64,000 bases of DNA from Octopus sinensis (GCF_006345805.1 NC_043013.1:15934001-15998000); one strand, 5' to 3'; shown: positions 1-12,726, counted from the first letter of the stretch. Program-made: numbers and translations. Notes: a model not told the origin generated them from the sequence alone.

Positions 1-275
1 GGTGAAAATAGTGCCAATTATTGTTGGGTCTTTGGGAACAGTATCAGAAGGCAACAAACAAGAATATAAAGGAAATTGGAATAGAGTGTCCAGCAGAACT
101 GTTACAAAAGGTTTGCCTCCCTGGCATGGCCTGAATAATCAGGAAAGTATTAGATAGCTGAAAAGAATGAATAGCATGGTACTGTAGGCCGCAGGTAGCA
201 AGCCCACTACACATGCAAGACTCCAGGAGCTCCAAAAGAACCTGTGATAAAGAGAAATAATAATAATGATAAAAC
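1..275 (+). mobile_element. 3' end of RLE-type non-LTR retrotransposon (R4/Dong-like), decayed
   Basis: Translates VKIVPIIVGSLGTVS, then after a frameshift KEIGIECPAELLQKVCLPGMA*IIRKVLDS*, the typical R4/Dong C-terminus; short 3' UTR ends in (TAA)n. Confidence 0.7.
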
Positions 276-294
276 TAAAAATAATATTTTCTTC

Positions 295-655
295 ATTAAC
301 CACTAAGGGTTCACAAAAATAAACTGGGGACAGTAGAGGACAATACAATGTGAGGTAACATAAAAGGCATGTAAAAAAGTAAAAATTTCAAAAATAGAAA
401 ATTTTAACCAAGAATAATTCCCCAAAAGAAGGAGACTATCTGCTCATTGAAACCCCACAAAACCACAGAGGCCCTGACCACTAGGGCAAATACCTTCTCC
501 ACATCATCTACAGGTGCATGTTTAGAGGCCCATTCACTCAAACCATTCTTATGATATTCATCCACCTTTCAAGAAAATTGCTGGTGGGGGAGAACACTTC
601 TCTCTCCATCCTCACTTTCCTTTTCAAGTGAAACATGAAAAAGTTGATGAGAATA
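295..655 (-). mobile_element. Tx1/L1-like ORF2 C-terminus and 3' UTR remnant
   Basis: Minus-strand translation LINFFMFHLKRKVRMEREVF...ERW resembles Tx1-clade C-termini; similar fragment at 58480-58980. Confidence 0.4.
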
Positions 656-666
656 ATCGTAATAAC

Positions 667-880
667 GATTTCAAATTTTGGGCACAAGGCCAGCAAGTTT
701 GGGGGAAGGGATAAGTCAATTACATCGACCCCAATATTCAGCTGGTACTTATTTTATTGACCCTATAAGGATGAAAGGCAAAGTCAACCTCAGCGGAATT
801 TGAACTCAGAATGTAAAGATAGGTGAAATGCTTACAGCATTTCGCCTGGCATGCTAATGATTATGCTAGCTCACTGCCTT
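667..880 (-). mobile_element. tRNA-derived SINE family A (octopus OR-type)
   Basis: Head GGCAGTGAGCT..., B box GAGTTCAAATTCC, core GCCTTTCATCC...GGGTCAATAAAATAAGTACCAG; about 10 copies in the window. Confidence 0.85.
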
Positions 881-965
881 TATAATAATAGTAATAACAA
901 CAACCACAAAATGATAATAACACTCAAACAATCCCAATAACATCAACAACAAAAACAATAATAAT

Positions 966-1178
966 GGTTTCAAATTTTGGCACAAGGCCTGCAATTTCAG
1001 AGGAGAGGAAAGTTGATTACATTAACCCCAGTGTTCAACTGGTACTTATTTTATCGATTCCAAAAGGATGAAAAGTAAAGTCAACCCCAGCAGAATTTGA
1101 ACTCAGAACATAAAAGTGGATGAAATACCACTAGGCATTTTGCCTGGCATGCTAATGATCCTACCAGCTTGCCGCCTA
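966..1178 (-). mobile_element. SINE family A copy
   Basis: Homologous to 667-880. Confidence 0.85.
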
Positions 1179-1179
1179 A

Positions 1180-1480
1180 ACAATAACAATAATAATAACG
1201 ACCATAACAACAGCAATAACAAGAACAATTACAGCAACAACAACCACCACAACAACAGCAACCACCACAACAACAGCTTACATAAGACAACAAAAATGAG
1301 CAAAAACTATACATGATGGTGATGATGATGATGATGATGATGACGGTAATGACAATGATGATGATAATGATGTTGATTATGATGACAATGGTAGTGGTTG
1401 TGGTGATGATGATGATCATGAGTCACAATCACAAAAAGAAAATCATAATCATAAAGAAAGGTCATTATCATAAGCAAAAG
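1180..1480. repeat. (CAA)n/(GAT)n degenerate trinucleotide microsatellites
   Basis: Direct inspection. Confidence 0.9.
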
Positions 1481-2037
1481 ACATGACATCAACAATAGGT
1501 CAAAGGTCATAAACTTAAAGAAAAGCCATAGATATAAAAAAGATCATAAAATATATAAGAAAGTTGTAACGGTATTAGGTCAGATGAAAATCATAAAGAA
1601 TGGTCATAATTGTTGAAGAAGAGATTACGGTTATAAGAGATAAAATCGTAATAAGAAAAGGAGGTCCTAATTAAAACCATCATCATTATCATCATCATCA
1701 TCGTTGTTATCATCATCATCATTATCATCAGCATTGTCATTTTAACATCCACTCTTCTCAGTTTGCATGAATTAGATGGAGTTTTATTGAGGCAGATTTT
1801 CTACGGTCAGATGTCCTTCCTCTCGTCAACACTCACGTGTTTCCAAGCAAGGTAATATTTGTCCACGGCTAGATACGTTTTTACAGAATATTAGAAATGA
1901 ACGACACTGCTTATATGACAGTGATGATCATTTACAATTATCATGCAATGTCAAGACAAAAAGACACACACACACACACACACATACTTTCTCACACAAA
2001 CACACTCATACATATACACACACAAACACACATAGGC

Positions 2038-2205
2038 ATGTACATATACAACGGGCTTCCTTCAGTTTCTGTCTATGAAATACACTCACATGGCCTTAGT
2101 AGATCTGAGGCTTAGTACAAGATATCTGCTCATGGTGCAATGCAGTGGGACTGAACCCAAAACCACATGGTTTAGAAGCAAACTTCTTACCACACAGCTA
2201 CACCT
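2038..2205 (-). mobile_element. tRNA-derived SINE family B, 5' part
   Basis: Reverse complement of GGCTGTGTGGTAAGAAG...GGGTTCAGTCCCACTG...GAAACTGAAGGAAGCCCG. Confidence 0.8.
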
Positions 2206-2286
2206 GAAAAAGAAGACAATAATGATAAAAGGGAGTTAAGTAAAAGATAACAATATATATCTTTTGAAACAGAGTGCTCTAACGAC

Positions 2287-2668
2287 ATCATCATCATCAT
2301 CGTTTAATGTCCGCTTTCCATGCTAGCATGGGTTGGATGAATGACTAAGGGCTGGCGAACCAGATGGCTGCACCAGGCTTCAATCTTGATCTGGCAGAAT
2401 TTCTACAGCTGGATGCCCTTCCTAATGCCAACCACTCCGAGAGTGTAGTGGGTGCTTTTACGTGCCACTGGCACGGGGCCAGTCAGGTGGTACTGGCAAC
2501 GACCCCGCTCGAATCTTTTACACATGCCACCAGCACAGGTGCCAGTAAGGCGATGCTGGTAGCGATCACGCTCGAATGGCGTCTTTTACGTGCCATGCTC
2601 AGATGTTGCTCTTAATACCCTACTAGCACGGGGCTCGAGTGCCAGTAGGCGACGCTGGTAATGATCAT
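2287..2668 (-). mobile_element. RTE LINE 3' UTR/tail fragment
   Basis: Matches the 3' end of the RTE at 23880-24018 (CCATGCTAGCATGG...GGAC(G/A)TTAAACGATGATG). Confidence 0.85.
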
Positions 2669-3062
2669 GCTCGAATGGTGCCTTTTAAGTGCCACTGGCA
2701 TGGCGCTCGAATGGTGCCTTTTAAGTGCCACTGGCATGGCGCTCGAATGGTGCCTTTTAAGTGCCACTGGCATGGCGCTCGAATGGTGCCTTTTAAGTGC
2801 CACTGGCATGGCGCTCGAATGGTGCCTTTTAAGTGCCACTGGCATGGCGCTCGAATGGTGCCTTTTAAGTGCCACTGGCATGGCGCTCGAATGGTGCCTT
2901 TTAAGTGCCACTGGCATGGCGCTCGAATGGTGCCTTTTAAGTGCCACTGGCATGGCGCTCGAATGGTGCCTTTTAAGTGCCACTGGCATGGCGCTCGAAT
3001 GGTGCCTTTTAAGTGCCACTGGCATGGCGCTCGAATGGTGCCTTTTAAGTGCCACTGGCATG
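2669..3062. repeat. 36-bp minisatellite, ~11 identical copies
   Basis: Unit GCTCGAATGGTGCCTTTTAAGTGCCACTGGCATGGC starts at 2669, 2705 ... 3029 with no spacers. Confidence 0.97.
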
Positions 3063-3547
3063 TATGTTTTTAATCTATTATTTCTAAAAGATCAAGGCAC
3101 AAACATAAAGATTATTATTTTATCTTTTTCTTGTTTCAGTCCTTGGACTGCAGCCATGCTGGAGCACTACAGCTTTGAAGGGTTTAACAGAAGAAATCTA
3201 ACCAATTACTTATTCTATTTAAGTTTGGTACTTAAATAAAATAACTCAACCCCTCCTCTGAAAGAGACTATTAGCCTCTTGTGCTGAAGAATCCCTACAT
3301 TACACAAACCAACAGCAATTGTCAAGTGCAGTGGTGGGGACAAACACACACATACATATACACACATTTAAATATATATAAATATATATATATATAGGTA
3401 CATAGTAGCGATAACATTACTGAAGCCACCACTACCGACAGCGATATCAGCACCAGCAGCCCCAGCTCCAACAACAATAACAACATCGGCGACTACACCA
3501 GCAACAACAACAGCAACAGGTGCAGCGCCGACAACATGCACCCCCAG

Positions 3548-4130
3548 AAATACATTGGATGTACTGAGAATTCTCTCAAGCAACGTCTCTCAGTTCCAGA
3601 AAGGAGGTACGTAATAATGTTGGCTAGTCATGTCTGGCAACTAAGAGATGATGGGATCCCATACTTGATCTCATAGAAAATCCTTGAAGCCCCAGAGCTC
3701 TACATCAATGGGATGAAGCATCGAAAGTTATGTATAGCTGAACATGCGTGAATCCTAAAAGACTTGCTCAAGCCAGGGAGCATCCATAACTCCAGAAGGG
3801 AGATTTTAGGGCCATGTTTACATTTTAGAAAATTCCTGCTAGCATTTTGGAAACTACAAGATGGTGGCACAGCCAGAAGTCGATGGCCAATGATAAAGGG
3901 AGATAATCTCCTATTGTTTACTGTTGTAGTGTTTTGGAGATTTCCTGATGGCAGCACGGCCAGAAGTCGATAGCCAATGGCAAAGGGAGATAATCCCTTA
4001 TTGTTTACCATCATAAAAAGGCTTTTCCCCCTCCATATTTTGAAGAGGTCTTAGGCCAACAGGTTTTGGGGTTTGATGATATGCCATAAAGCTAAGCTCT
4101 TTATGGACGGAAAACCCAAGGTACTCCCAT
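3548..4130 (+). mobile_element. Penelope-like element remnant: GIY-YIG C-terminus and 3' repeats
   Basis: KYIGCTENSLKQR...LASHVWQLRD...S*KIL, then LCIAE...HNSRREILGPCLHFRKFLL; followed by two ~85-bp direct repeats and degenerate HHR-like motifs. Confidence 0.75.
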
Positions 4131-5099
4131 AAACCGGCCTTCCCCATTAAAATATACACTGCTCTAAGTCTCAGAGTGTGTTTCTTCTCCAGATTTATGT
4201 TTTCAACAAATGATATACATTCAACAAATGAATACAAGCAATAATAAATCTCTGAGCAAGGTACAAACTTTGCAAATACAGATAGGGCACAGAAAGTGTG
4301 TCAATAGCCAGCTGGAAGAGATGTCTTCCTGGGGCTACAAGCTACAGCAGCATCAACCCTTAAGGGTTAGCCACATTTAGGTGGCAGATATACTTCACGA
4401 TATATTATTATCATTATTGTTCTAAATTTTATCAAAAAAATTAAAAAATTGCAATCTTCTCGATAGAAAATCTTTCTCTAGAAAATTTTAACTCCTCCCA
4501 CAACTACTCTACTCTATCATTTACTCCCTCTTCCCCAACTCCCTTGTTGTTTATTCCCTCTCCTCCCCACCTCCTTTGTTTCTATTATTCTTTCTCTCAC
4601 TATGTGTTTGTGTGCGTCTATGTGTGTGAGAGAGATAGTAATGTACATTTACTGATTGCTTGTGCCACTAAGACTTGTATATGCACTCACCCACTCATCC
4701 TGCACCTCTTGTGTTAACTCACTTACTCTGTATCTCTCTTTTCCCTCTCTATTCTCCTCTTAATACAGTCTAAAACATGACAGGAAAAATCAACCAATCA
4801 ACCAACCAGCCAGCCTACCAGCCAGCCTACAAGCCAGCCAGCCAGCCAGCCAACATTTACATCAGCTATCATTTAATAGAGATAGCCATTATAAGGTTAA
4901 TGATTGCTCTTTGATAGTTGTGTGTGGGGGTATTAGCTTAGCTTAGCCACCATTAACAAACAAGCATAACCTAGCAGCTTGTTCCACAATTATGCTAACC
5001 ATTTTAGGTATATTTAGTCCCAAACAAACATAGTCACCCACTCAGCCCTCCTACCTTTGACCCAGTGGAATATGGAGGAGGTGATAGTTGGTGGGCGAG

Positions 5100-5235
5100 G
5101 GGTCAGCTGGTACTTATTTTTATTTGGAGCAAGGTGAAATGAAGTACTTGCTCAAGGCCACAATATCTTGTTCAGTTGAGGAATTGAATCTATAACCTTA
5201 TGATCGAAAGTCTAATACTCTAACCACTAAGACAC
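5100..5235 (-). mobile_element. tRNA/CORE-type SINE family C, partial
   Basis: Minus strand TAGTGGTTAGAG...GATTCAATTCC...GGCCTTGAGCAAGTACTTCATTTCACCTTGCTCC. Confidence 0.65.
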
Positions 5236-5240
5236 ACACC

Positions 5241-5472
5241 TATTTCTTTATTACCCACAAGGGGCTAAACACAGAGGGGACAAACAAGGACAGACACATG
5301 GATTAAGTCGATTACATCGACCCCAGTGCGTAACTGGTGCTTATTTAATCGACCCCGGAAGGATGAAAGGTAAAGTCGACCTCGGTGGAATTTGAACTCA
5401 GAACGTAGCAGCAGACGAAATACCACAAAGCATTTCTACCAGCGCACTAACGATTCTTCCAGCTCAGCACCT
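5241..5472 (-). mobile_element. SINE family A, full-length variant
   Basis: Homologous to 36250-36476 and 63433-63655. Confidence 0.85.
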
Positions 5473-5776
5473 TGACACACAAAGACACACACCATCATGT
5501 GGGAACAGTAAACACACTTAGAACCCCGTGTTCAGTTTTTTGTTTTGGATATATTAAAACCACTGTACTGAGTACCCAGATTTTGCCCTAGAAAGAATGT
5601 AGTACAAACTTATTGTAGGGGACGCACTTACATGTGTCCTTTAGCAGCCCTGTATATTTAGCTCTGAGAAAACAAAAGGATTAGCAGTCCCCATCCCCTG
5701 TAAAATGAAAGGCAAATAGGGAATACCAAAATAATGCAAATACAAACACACTTACATATATGCAGCACTGCCACAA

Positions 5777-5811
<35 letters not shown>

Positions 5812-6079
5812 TAGATAGATAGATGGATAGATAGATAGATAGGTAGATAGATGGATAGATAGATATGTATATATATATATGTGCACACATGTATGCACCT
5901 ACTATCATAGATACAAGCATACACACACACAGACACACAAGCACACTCATACACACATGCGTACACAGAGCGAAAGCATAGCTGTTACACATATATACTC
6001 ACTAATACTGATACTCACACAGACACACATACACACAGTATAAACACAACTTTCTCTCTCTCTTCCGCCTCTCTCTCTC

Positions 6080-6130
<51 letters not shown>

Positions 6131-6132
<2 letters not shown>

Positions 6133-6690
6133 TGTTGGAGTGAAGGTAATGACTGATTTTAAGATCTCTAGAAAAAATGTAAAAGCCCATAATTAAGACA
6201 ATATTTATTCATTAACATAATTTCCATTGCTTTCTCGAACTTAATTCCATCTGTCAACCAGCTTATAAATGTCACGCTTGTAAAATTGTTTAGGTTTTGA
6301 TGCAAAATATGAATCCCACTCATTTTCAACCTCTGCTCTTGATGTCAGCCTAAGGCCATTGAAATGGTTCTGTAGTCCCTGAAACAAGTGATAACCAGAG
6401 GGAGTAAGGTCTGGAGAATATGGAGGTTGAAGCAATATTTCCCAACTAAACTCTTCCATGAGATCTTTGGGCAGTCAAGCTGTGTGTTATCATGGTGGAA
6501 GAAGACACCCTTTTTGTTGATTGAGTAGAGTCACTTTCTGTTCAAAGCAGCTTTCATACAATGAAGTTGGTCACGGTATGAATTAGCAGTAATTGTTTGA
6601 TTGTTGTCTGGCAGTTCATAATGGACAATTCCTTCAATATCCCACCATACACTCAACATGATCTTCCTTGGACAAAGTCTTCCGCTTGGT
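6131..6690 (-). mobile_element. mariner transposase remnant (3' half and right TIR)
   Basis: ORF 6241-6459 WEILLQPPYSPDLTPSGYHLF...FYKRDIYKLVDRW; TIR-like end CATTACCTTCACTCCAACATGATA. Confidence 0.9.
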
Positions 6691-6823
6691 TGTAGAACAG
6701 GTCTTTCTCTTCAACTGAACCACACAACCATCCCTGACCCAGCCTCCTCTCTTTCCCTCTCTTTCCCCTCTCTCTTTCCCCTTCCCCATATATATATAAA
6801 TTTATATACAGAGATATGCCCAT

Positions 6824-6899
6824 GGGCATTTGGGTGTAGTGGTTAAGAGCATGGGCTACTAACCCCAAGATTCCAAGTTCGATTCCAGGCTATAACCTA

Positions 6900-6940
<41 letters not shown>

Positions 6941-7116
6941 CAATATTGAAAATGAGAACCCAGGTTCGAAATTTCCCCTGATGACACCTGATGAAGGCTG
7001 GAGGGTATATCAGCCGAAACGTTGTGTTAACAACAAACAAAATGAAGACAGATATTCGTCAAATGTAAATAATGTAAATAATGTACATCATTCCTCATCT
7101 CTTAAATATAGAACTG
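6824..7116 (+). mobile_element. tRNA-headed short element with (TAA)n linker and hammerhead-containing body
   Basis: A box GTGTAGTGGTTA, B box GTTCGATTCC 6877-6886, (TAA)n ~6898-6935, HHR 6983-7028, then short AATGTAAAT repeats. Confidence 0.7.
6983..7028 (+). ncRNA. minimal type-I hammerhead ribozyme
   Basis: GACAC-CUGAUGA-A-GGCUG(10 nt)CAGCC-GAA-ACGU-U-GUGUU: stems I and II pair, stem III is palindromic ACGU, core invariant. Confidence 0.8.
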
Positions 7117-7864
7117 AAAGAGAGATACATATATACATACATGCATACATATGCATTTATGCACACACACACACACACACTAACACACACATACACATGC
7201 ATACATAATTACAAATACATACATTGACCACACTGCCACCCTTGCTCACCACATACTACACTTACCTCTACCCCCATCTCTAAATACCTGTCCCTCTTCT
7301 TTCACACTCTTATGAACTTGCCCACCTATCCTTCCCCATCACATGTCTGTATTCTCTCTCACACTCACCTTGTTGTACCTTGAGATAAGGCCAGACACTT
7401 TGTCACCACCATTTTTATCTCTCTTTCCAACCATTCTCATCCACCCTTATATAATACAGGTGTGTGTGCGTGCGGGGGGGGGGGAGATGGCAGGAGTAGT
7501 TATGCATCTCTTCCACAGCAAGTTTCTGTTCCTCTATCATAGTTTAGCCTCCAAATATTTGGCATGAAGCAATATCCTGCTCAATTAACAACCATACACT
7601 GTCAAGGGGATTTCCTCATCTTACAAAATACTTTGCTACTTCACTAGAGCTGGTGGCACAAAAAGGAGAAAAAAAGGACCCAGTACACTCTGTAAAATTA
7701 TTGGGGGTCAAGAAGGACATTAAGCCTTAGAAACCATGCCAAAGCTGACATTTGAGCTCGACACAGTCCTGAGACTTCTGGAATCCTTTTGAGCTGCCCA
7801 ACCAATGTCAGCATGGAAGACAGACATTAAGAAAAGATGATGATGCTATACATATATAAATATC

Positions 7865-8066
7865 TTTTCTACTCTAGGCACAAGGCACGAAATTTTGGGG
7901 TAGGGGGGGGCAGTCGATTAGATTAACTGGTACTTAATTTATCGACCCTGAAAGGATGAAAGGCAAAGTCGACCGCGGCAAAATTTGAACTCAGGACGTA
8001 AAGACAGATGAAATACTGCTAAGCGTTTTGCCCGGTGTGCTAATGTTTCTGTCAGCTCGTCTCTTT
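7865..8066 (-). mobile_element. SINE family A copy
   Basis: Homology to other family A copies. Confidence 0.85.
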
Positions 8067-8751
8067 GGTACATATATAAATATCATCATCATCATCATCA
8101 TCATTACCTTCCTGTCTCTAATGTTCTCTTGTTTCCAAGTGAGGTAATATTTCTTTGTGGCCAGACATGATTTTGCAGAGAATTGGAAATGAATGACACT
8201 CTTTGTATGACAGTGGCTGTCATTTTACAGCTATCCTACAATACCACAATGTGAAAGCAAGGAGACACAATTGTGTACACACACACACACACACACACAC
8301 ATGAAGGGATTCTTTCAATTTCCATCTCCAGTCAGTCAGAGGATTTTTTTGGTAATGTAAATTACTTGGCAACCTCACTGGTGCTGGTGCTGTGAAAAAA
8401 AAGCAGCCAGTACACACTGTAAAGTTGCTGGCATTAGGAAAGGCATTCAGTTGTAGAAACCATAGCAAGGTAGACATTGGAACATGAAACGGTTCTTGGG
8501 CCCCTTGCATCTTGATGATCCATCCAGCTTATGAAACATGGAGGTTAAATGATGATAATGGTAATGATGATGTGTAAATATATAATACACATGCACACAC
8601 TCAAACACACACACACATTCACACACACATATATTCATACCATATCTATACACACACGAACACACACACACACACATACATAAATAAACACACACACATA
8701 CATGTATATGATGATGATGATCATATATATCATCATCATCATCATCATCAT

Positions 8752-8845
8752 CATTTAACGTCCGCTTTCCATGCTAGCATGGGTTGGACGGTTCAACTGG
8801 GGTCTGGGGAGCCCGAAGGCTGCACCAGGCCAGTCAGATCTGGCA
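8752..8845 (-). mobile_element. RTE 3' tail, heavily 5'-truncated
   Basis: Near-identical to 23900-24000 in reverse. Confidence 0.85.
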
Positions 8846-8898
8846 ATACACACACACACATGCATATAGAGACTCACACATGTGCACGTATAAACGTG

Positions 8899-8941
<43 letters not shown>

Positions 8942-8994
8942 CTATGTATATGTTTACTAGTAGCTGCTGTCTGTCTTTATATACATCGATTTAA

Positions 8995-9050
8995 CTGGGC
9001 AGAGAGAGATCGGGAGAGAAAGAGAGAGATAGAGAGAGAAGGAGAGAGAC

Positions 9051-9100
<50 letters not shown>

Positions 9101-9556
9101 ATACATCAACATCATGTACAACCATTGTTTTTTCAGTATGATCAAAGTTTTATATTTTCAGCTCTCTCTCTCCTTCTCTTTCCCTCTCCTTCTCTCTCTC
9201 TCTCTCTCTCTCTCTCCTTCTCTTTCTCTCTCCTTCTATCTCTCTCTCTCTCTCTCTCTCTCCTTCTCTCTCTCTCTCTCTCTCTCTTCCCTTGCTTTTC
9301 TTTTTATTTGCCTATTTCTCTGTAAGTCTCTTTTTTTTTTTCTGCTTTCCCTATCTATCTATGCTCACTAACATCTTTCTCACCCCACTCTCTCTCTCTC
9401 TCTCACTCTTTCTCTGTTATTCTCTCTCTCTCTCCTTATCCCATATTTCTCTGTCACTCTCTTTCTATGTGTTTCCATTACACCGGCTCATTCTCTCTTC
9501 CTCCTTCTCTGTAATTACTGTCTCTTAATATCCATCTGTCTATCTATCTGTCTGTC

Positions 9557-9593
<37 letters not shown>

Positions 9594-10620
9594 ATTACTG
9601 TTATTTCCCTGTCATTCTCTATCTCTTTCCCCTCTATCTCTTTCTATGTCTCCCCCTTTCTCCTGCTCCCTCTCCTCTCTGTAATTGCTCTCTTTCAGTC
9701 TTTCTCTCTCTTATTCACTCTCTCTCCCTCCTTTCTTTCTTTCTCTATGTCTTTCTCTCACACATACACACACATGCACACACACGCACACACACACACA
9801 CATGCACACACACACACACACAATCTCTCTCTCTCTTTCTGTAACTACTGTCTCTCTAACTACTATCTCTCTATAACTACTGTCTCTCTGTATCACACAC
9901 AAATACACACACACCTTCTCACTTTCACTCTCTCTCTCTCTCTCTCTCTCTGTTTTTCTCTCTATATCTCTTTCTTTCTCTTTCTCTCTCTCTGTTTGTA
10001 ACTACTGTCTCTCTATAACTACTGTCTCTGTCTCACACACAAACACTCTCTCTCTTAAAAATACTATCTCTCTCTATTTCTCCCTGTCATTTATCTCTAT
10101 GTGTTTCTCTCTCTATCTCTCTTTCTATGTCTGTCTATCACACTGTCTCTCTCTCATTCTTTCTCCCACCTCTGTCTCTGTCACTGTCTCTCTCTGTCAC
10201 TGTCTTTCTCTGTCACTGTCTCTCTCTCTCTCTCTTTGACTCTCTGTCTCTTTCTCTCTTTCTCTCCATAACTGCTACCTCCCAGTCTATCTCTCTCTCT
10301 ATGTGTATCTATCACACTGTCTCTCTCATTCTTTCTCCGACCTGTTTCTCTGTCTCTCTGTCTCTCTGTCTCTGTCATTGTCTCTCTCTGTCTCTGTCTC
10401 TCTCTCTATCTGTCTCTTTCTCTCTTTCTCTCCATAACTGCTACCTCCCAGTCTCTCTCTTTTACTCTCTCTCTCTCTCTGTATCTATCACACAGTCTCT
10501 CTCATTTTTTCTCCCTTTTCCTCTGTAACTTCGTCCTCTCTGTCACTCTCACTCTCTCATCCTCACTCACTCTTCCTATTTCTCTGTTTCTCTCTCTCTC
10601 TCTCTCTTTCTAATTTGCAT
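8995..10620. repeat. (GA)n/(CT)n-rich compound microsatellite block with internal ~170-bp duplications
   Basis: TCTCCATAACTGCTACCTCCCAGTCT recurs at ~10262 and ~10428. Confidence 0.9.
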
Positions 10621-11001
10621 CACGGATCAGTCAGAACTGAACCAAAGCATAACTGGAAACAGGAGAGTAGGAGGCAGGAAAGAAGGAGAGTAGGAGGAGA
10701 GAGAGAGAGAGAGAGACAGATGAGAAATGTGTCAAGAGACTGCATCATCCCAATACAGCTCTACTGCACCACCTAACAAACAACAATAACAAGACACAAC
10801 AACAACTGCAACAACAACAATAACTCACCCCATACTTAAACTGTGTCAGACTATTTATATCATTATCTATCAATAGAAAAGTTCCACCCCGCCACCCCCA
10901 CCCTCACCACCAAGAAAGTCAAATGAGAGAAAGCGAGGGGGGGTGAGTTGGGGTTAGAAAAAAACAGGGGCTTACTATTGAAGACAGTGTAAACTGATAA
11001 G

Positions 11002-11040
<39 letters not shown>

Positions 11041-11200
11041 TCATAGATATATAGGGTTACTTGTGCTCACATACATACCTATATACATAGACATACATAC
11101 ATACAGACACAAACCCCTCATAGACATATACACATTCAGACACACACACACACACACACAATGACCATATACACACACTCACACACAGTGACCATACATG

Positions 11201-11262
<62 letters not shown>

Positions 11263-11321
11263 CTCTATCTATTTATGTATGTATGCATGTATGCATGTAT
11301 GTATGTATGTATGTATGTATG

Positions 11322-11352
<31 letters not shown>

Positions 11353-11699
11353 ATGTATATGTGTGTGTGTGTGTGTGTACATGTATGTATATGTACATAC
11401 TTATAGATGTGTATGTATATAAATATGTGTGTGTATGTGTACATACGTATGTATGTATTTATGTATGTATACATATATAGATATTTAAATCATAAGCAGC
11501 CACTCTATGTGTGAAACTCAAGATTCCCTTTTGACCTTCATATGATAAATATTTATCTACTCTACCAAATGTATTGAGTTCTTAACCAGATAATATTTGC
11601 ACTATGGAAAGTATATCATTGATATACTTTACTAATCTCACATTACTATATATATATATACATATATATATATACATATATATATCCTAAATTTAGGAA

Positions 11700-11767
<68 letters not shown>

Positions 11768-11771
<4 letters not shown>

Positions 11772-12680
11772 GGTACAGTGAATAAACTGTCACCTAAATT
11801 ATGCAAAAATGAGAACAATACTGATATCTCATTTTAACAGACATATTTACTAAATTTACATAAAAATATCTTGAAATACTAAAGAATAAATTTATTCTTG
11901 AAATAAATAAATCTTGAATTACTAAAGAATAAATTTATTGAATAAAATCGCCATTGGCTTCAAACACGGCTTCCAGACAACTTTGGAATCTCCTGCAACT
12001 CTTCTGAATGGTCTCCCTGTTTAAGTCGGTGAATGCTGTCATAATCCTTGCTTTCAGTTCATCTTTGGTGTTACAAGGAGTTTTGCTGGTCTCTGGTTCA
12101 ACTGCACTCCACACATTATAATCTGGGGAGTTAGCAGGCCAGATGTTAGGAGTGATGTAATCACAGTGATTGTCTGACAACCATGACTGGGTTCTCTTGC
12201 TTGTGTGGCATGGGGCAGAGTTCTGTTGCCAGCCATAGGGTCTTCCAGCAGCCCCCCTCTTGACCCAGTGCAGCACTACCTCCTCCAGGCACTTGATGTA
12301 GACCTCCATATTGAGTCTGCGGCAGTGAGGGAAGATGAATGGAGGCATAACATCGCCATCACTAATGATCACTCTAAACACCATGATGTTGACTGGATGT
12401 TTGATTTTTATCACTCTCGGTACATGTCCTCAGATTGACACCCAAACACTCTGAAATGTGAGTATTGGAGCCTCTGGTGCAAATGCCAAGCAGTACTGCA
12501 TGTCATTTCCAAATTTCTGGTAGAGTGAATTGAGTGATGGTGCTGTTTTTCTCAAAGATGTTGCCCAACTGCCCCTACTATACTGTGTAGTTGACAAAAT
12601 CAAAAAACAAACAATGTGCATGCACAAAATTAAAACCATAAAAGGGCGATAATTTACCCATCACACCCAGTATATAGATA
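11768..12680 (-). mobile_element. internally deleted maT (DD37D-like) Tc1/mariner-superfamily transposon
   Basis: ORF 11935-12414 KHPVNIMVF...WQQNSAPCHTS...WPANSPD..VW...CRRFQSCLEAV; N-terminal piece WK*HAVLLGI...ISECLGVNLR at ~12430-12530. Confidence 0.85.
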
Positions 12681-12726
12681 TGTAAGATTAGTAATGCATA
12701 TATATATGTGTGTGTATATATATTCA

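Noticed and set aside
2669-3062. CRISPR array (36-bp repeats) or repeat-protein ORFs
   Set aside because: Units are contiguous with no spacers, there are no cas genes and the context is eukaryotic. The ORFs on both strands arise only because 36 is divisible by 3.
3548-3850. In-frame TGA in the PLE remnant read as selenocysteine
   Set aside because: The TGA is not at a Cys-like position, and the remnant also has a TAG and frameshifts; ordinary decay explains it.
6824-6896. Functional tRNA gene
   Set aside because: Acceptor, D, anticodon and T stems pair poorly; treated as a SINE-type head.
11470-11645. Further HHR island between (TA)n tracts
   Set aside because: GAAAC is present but no recognisable CUGANGA or stems.
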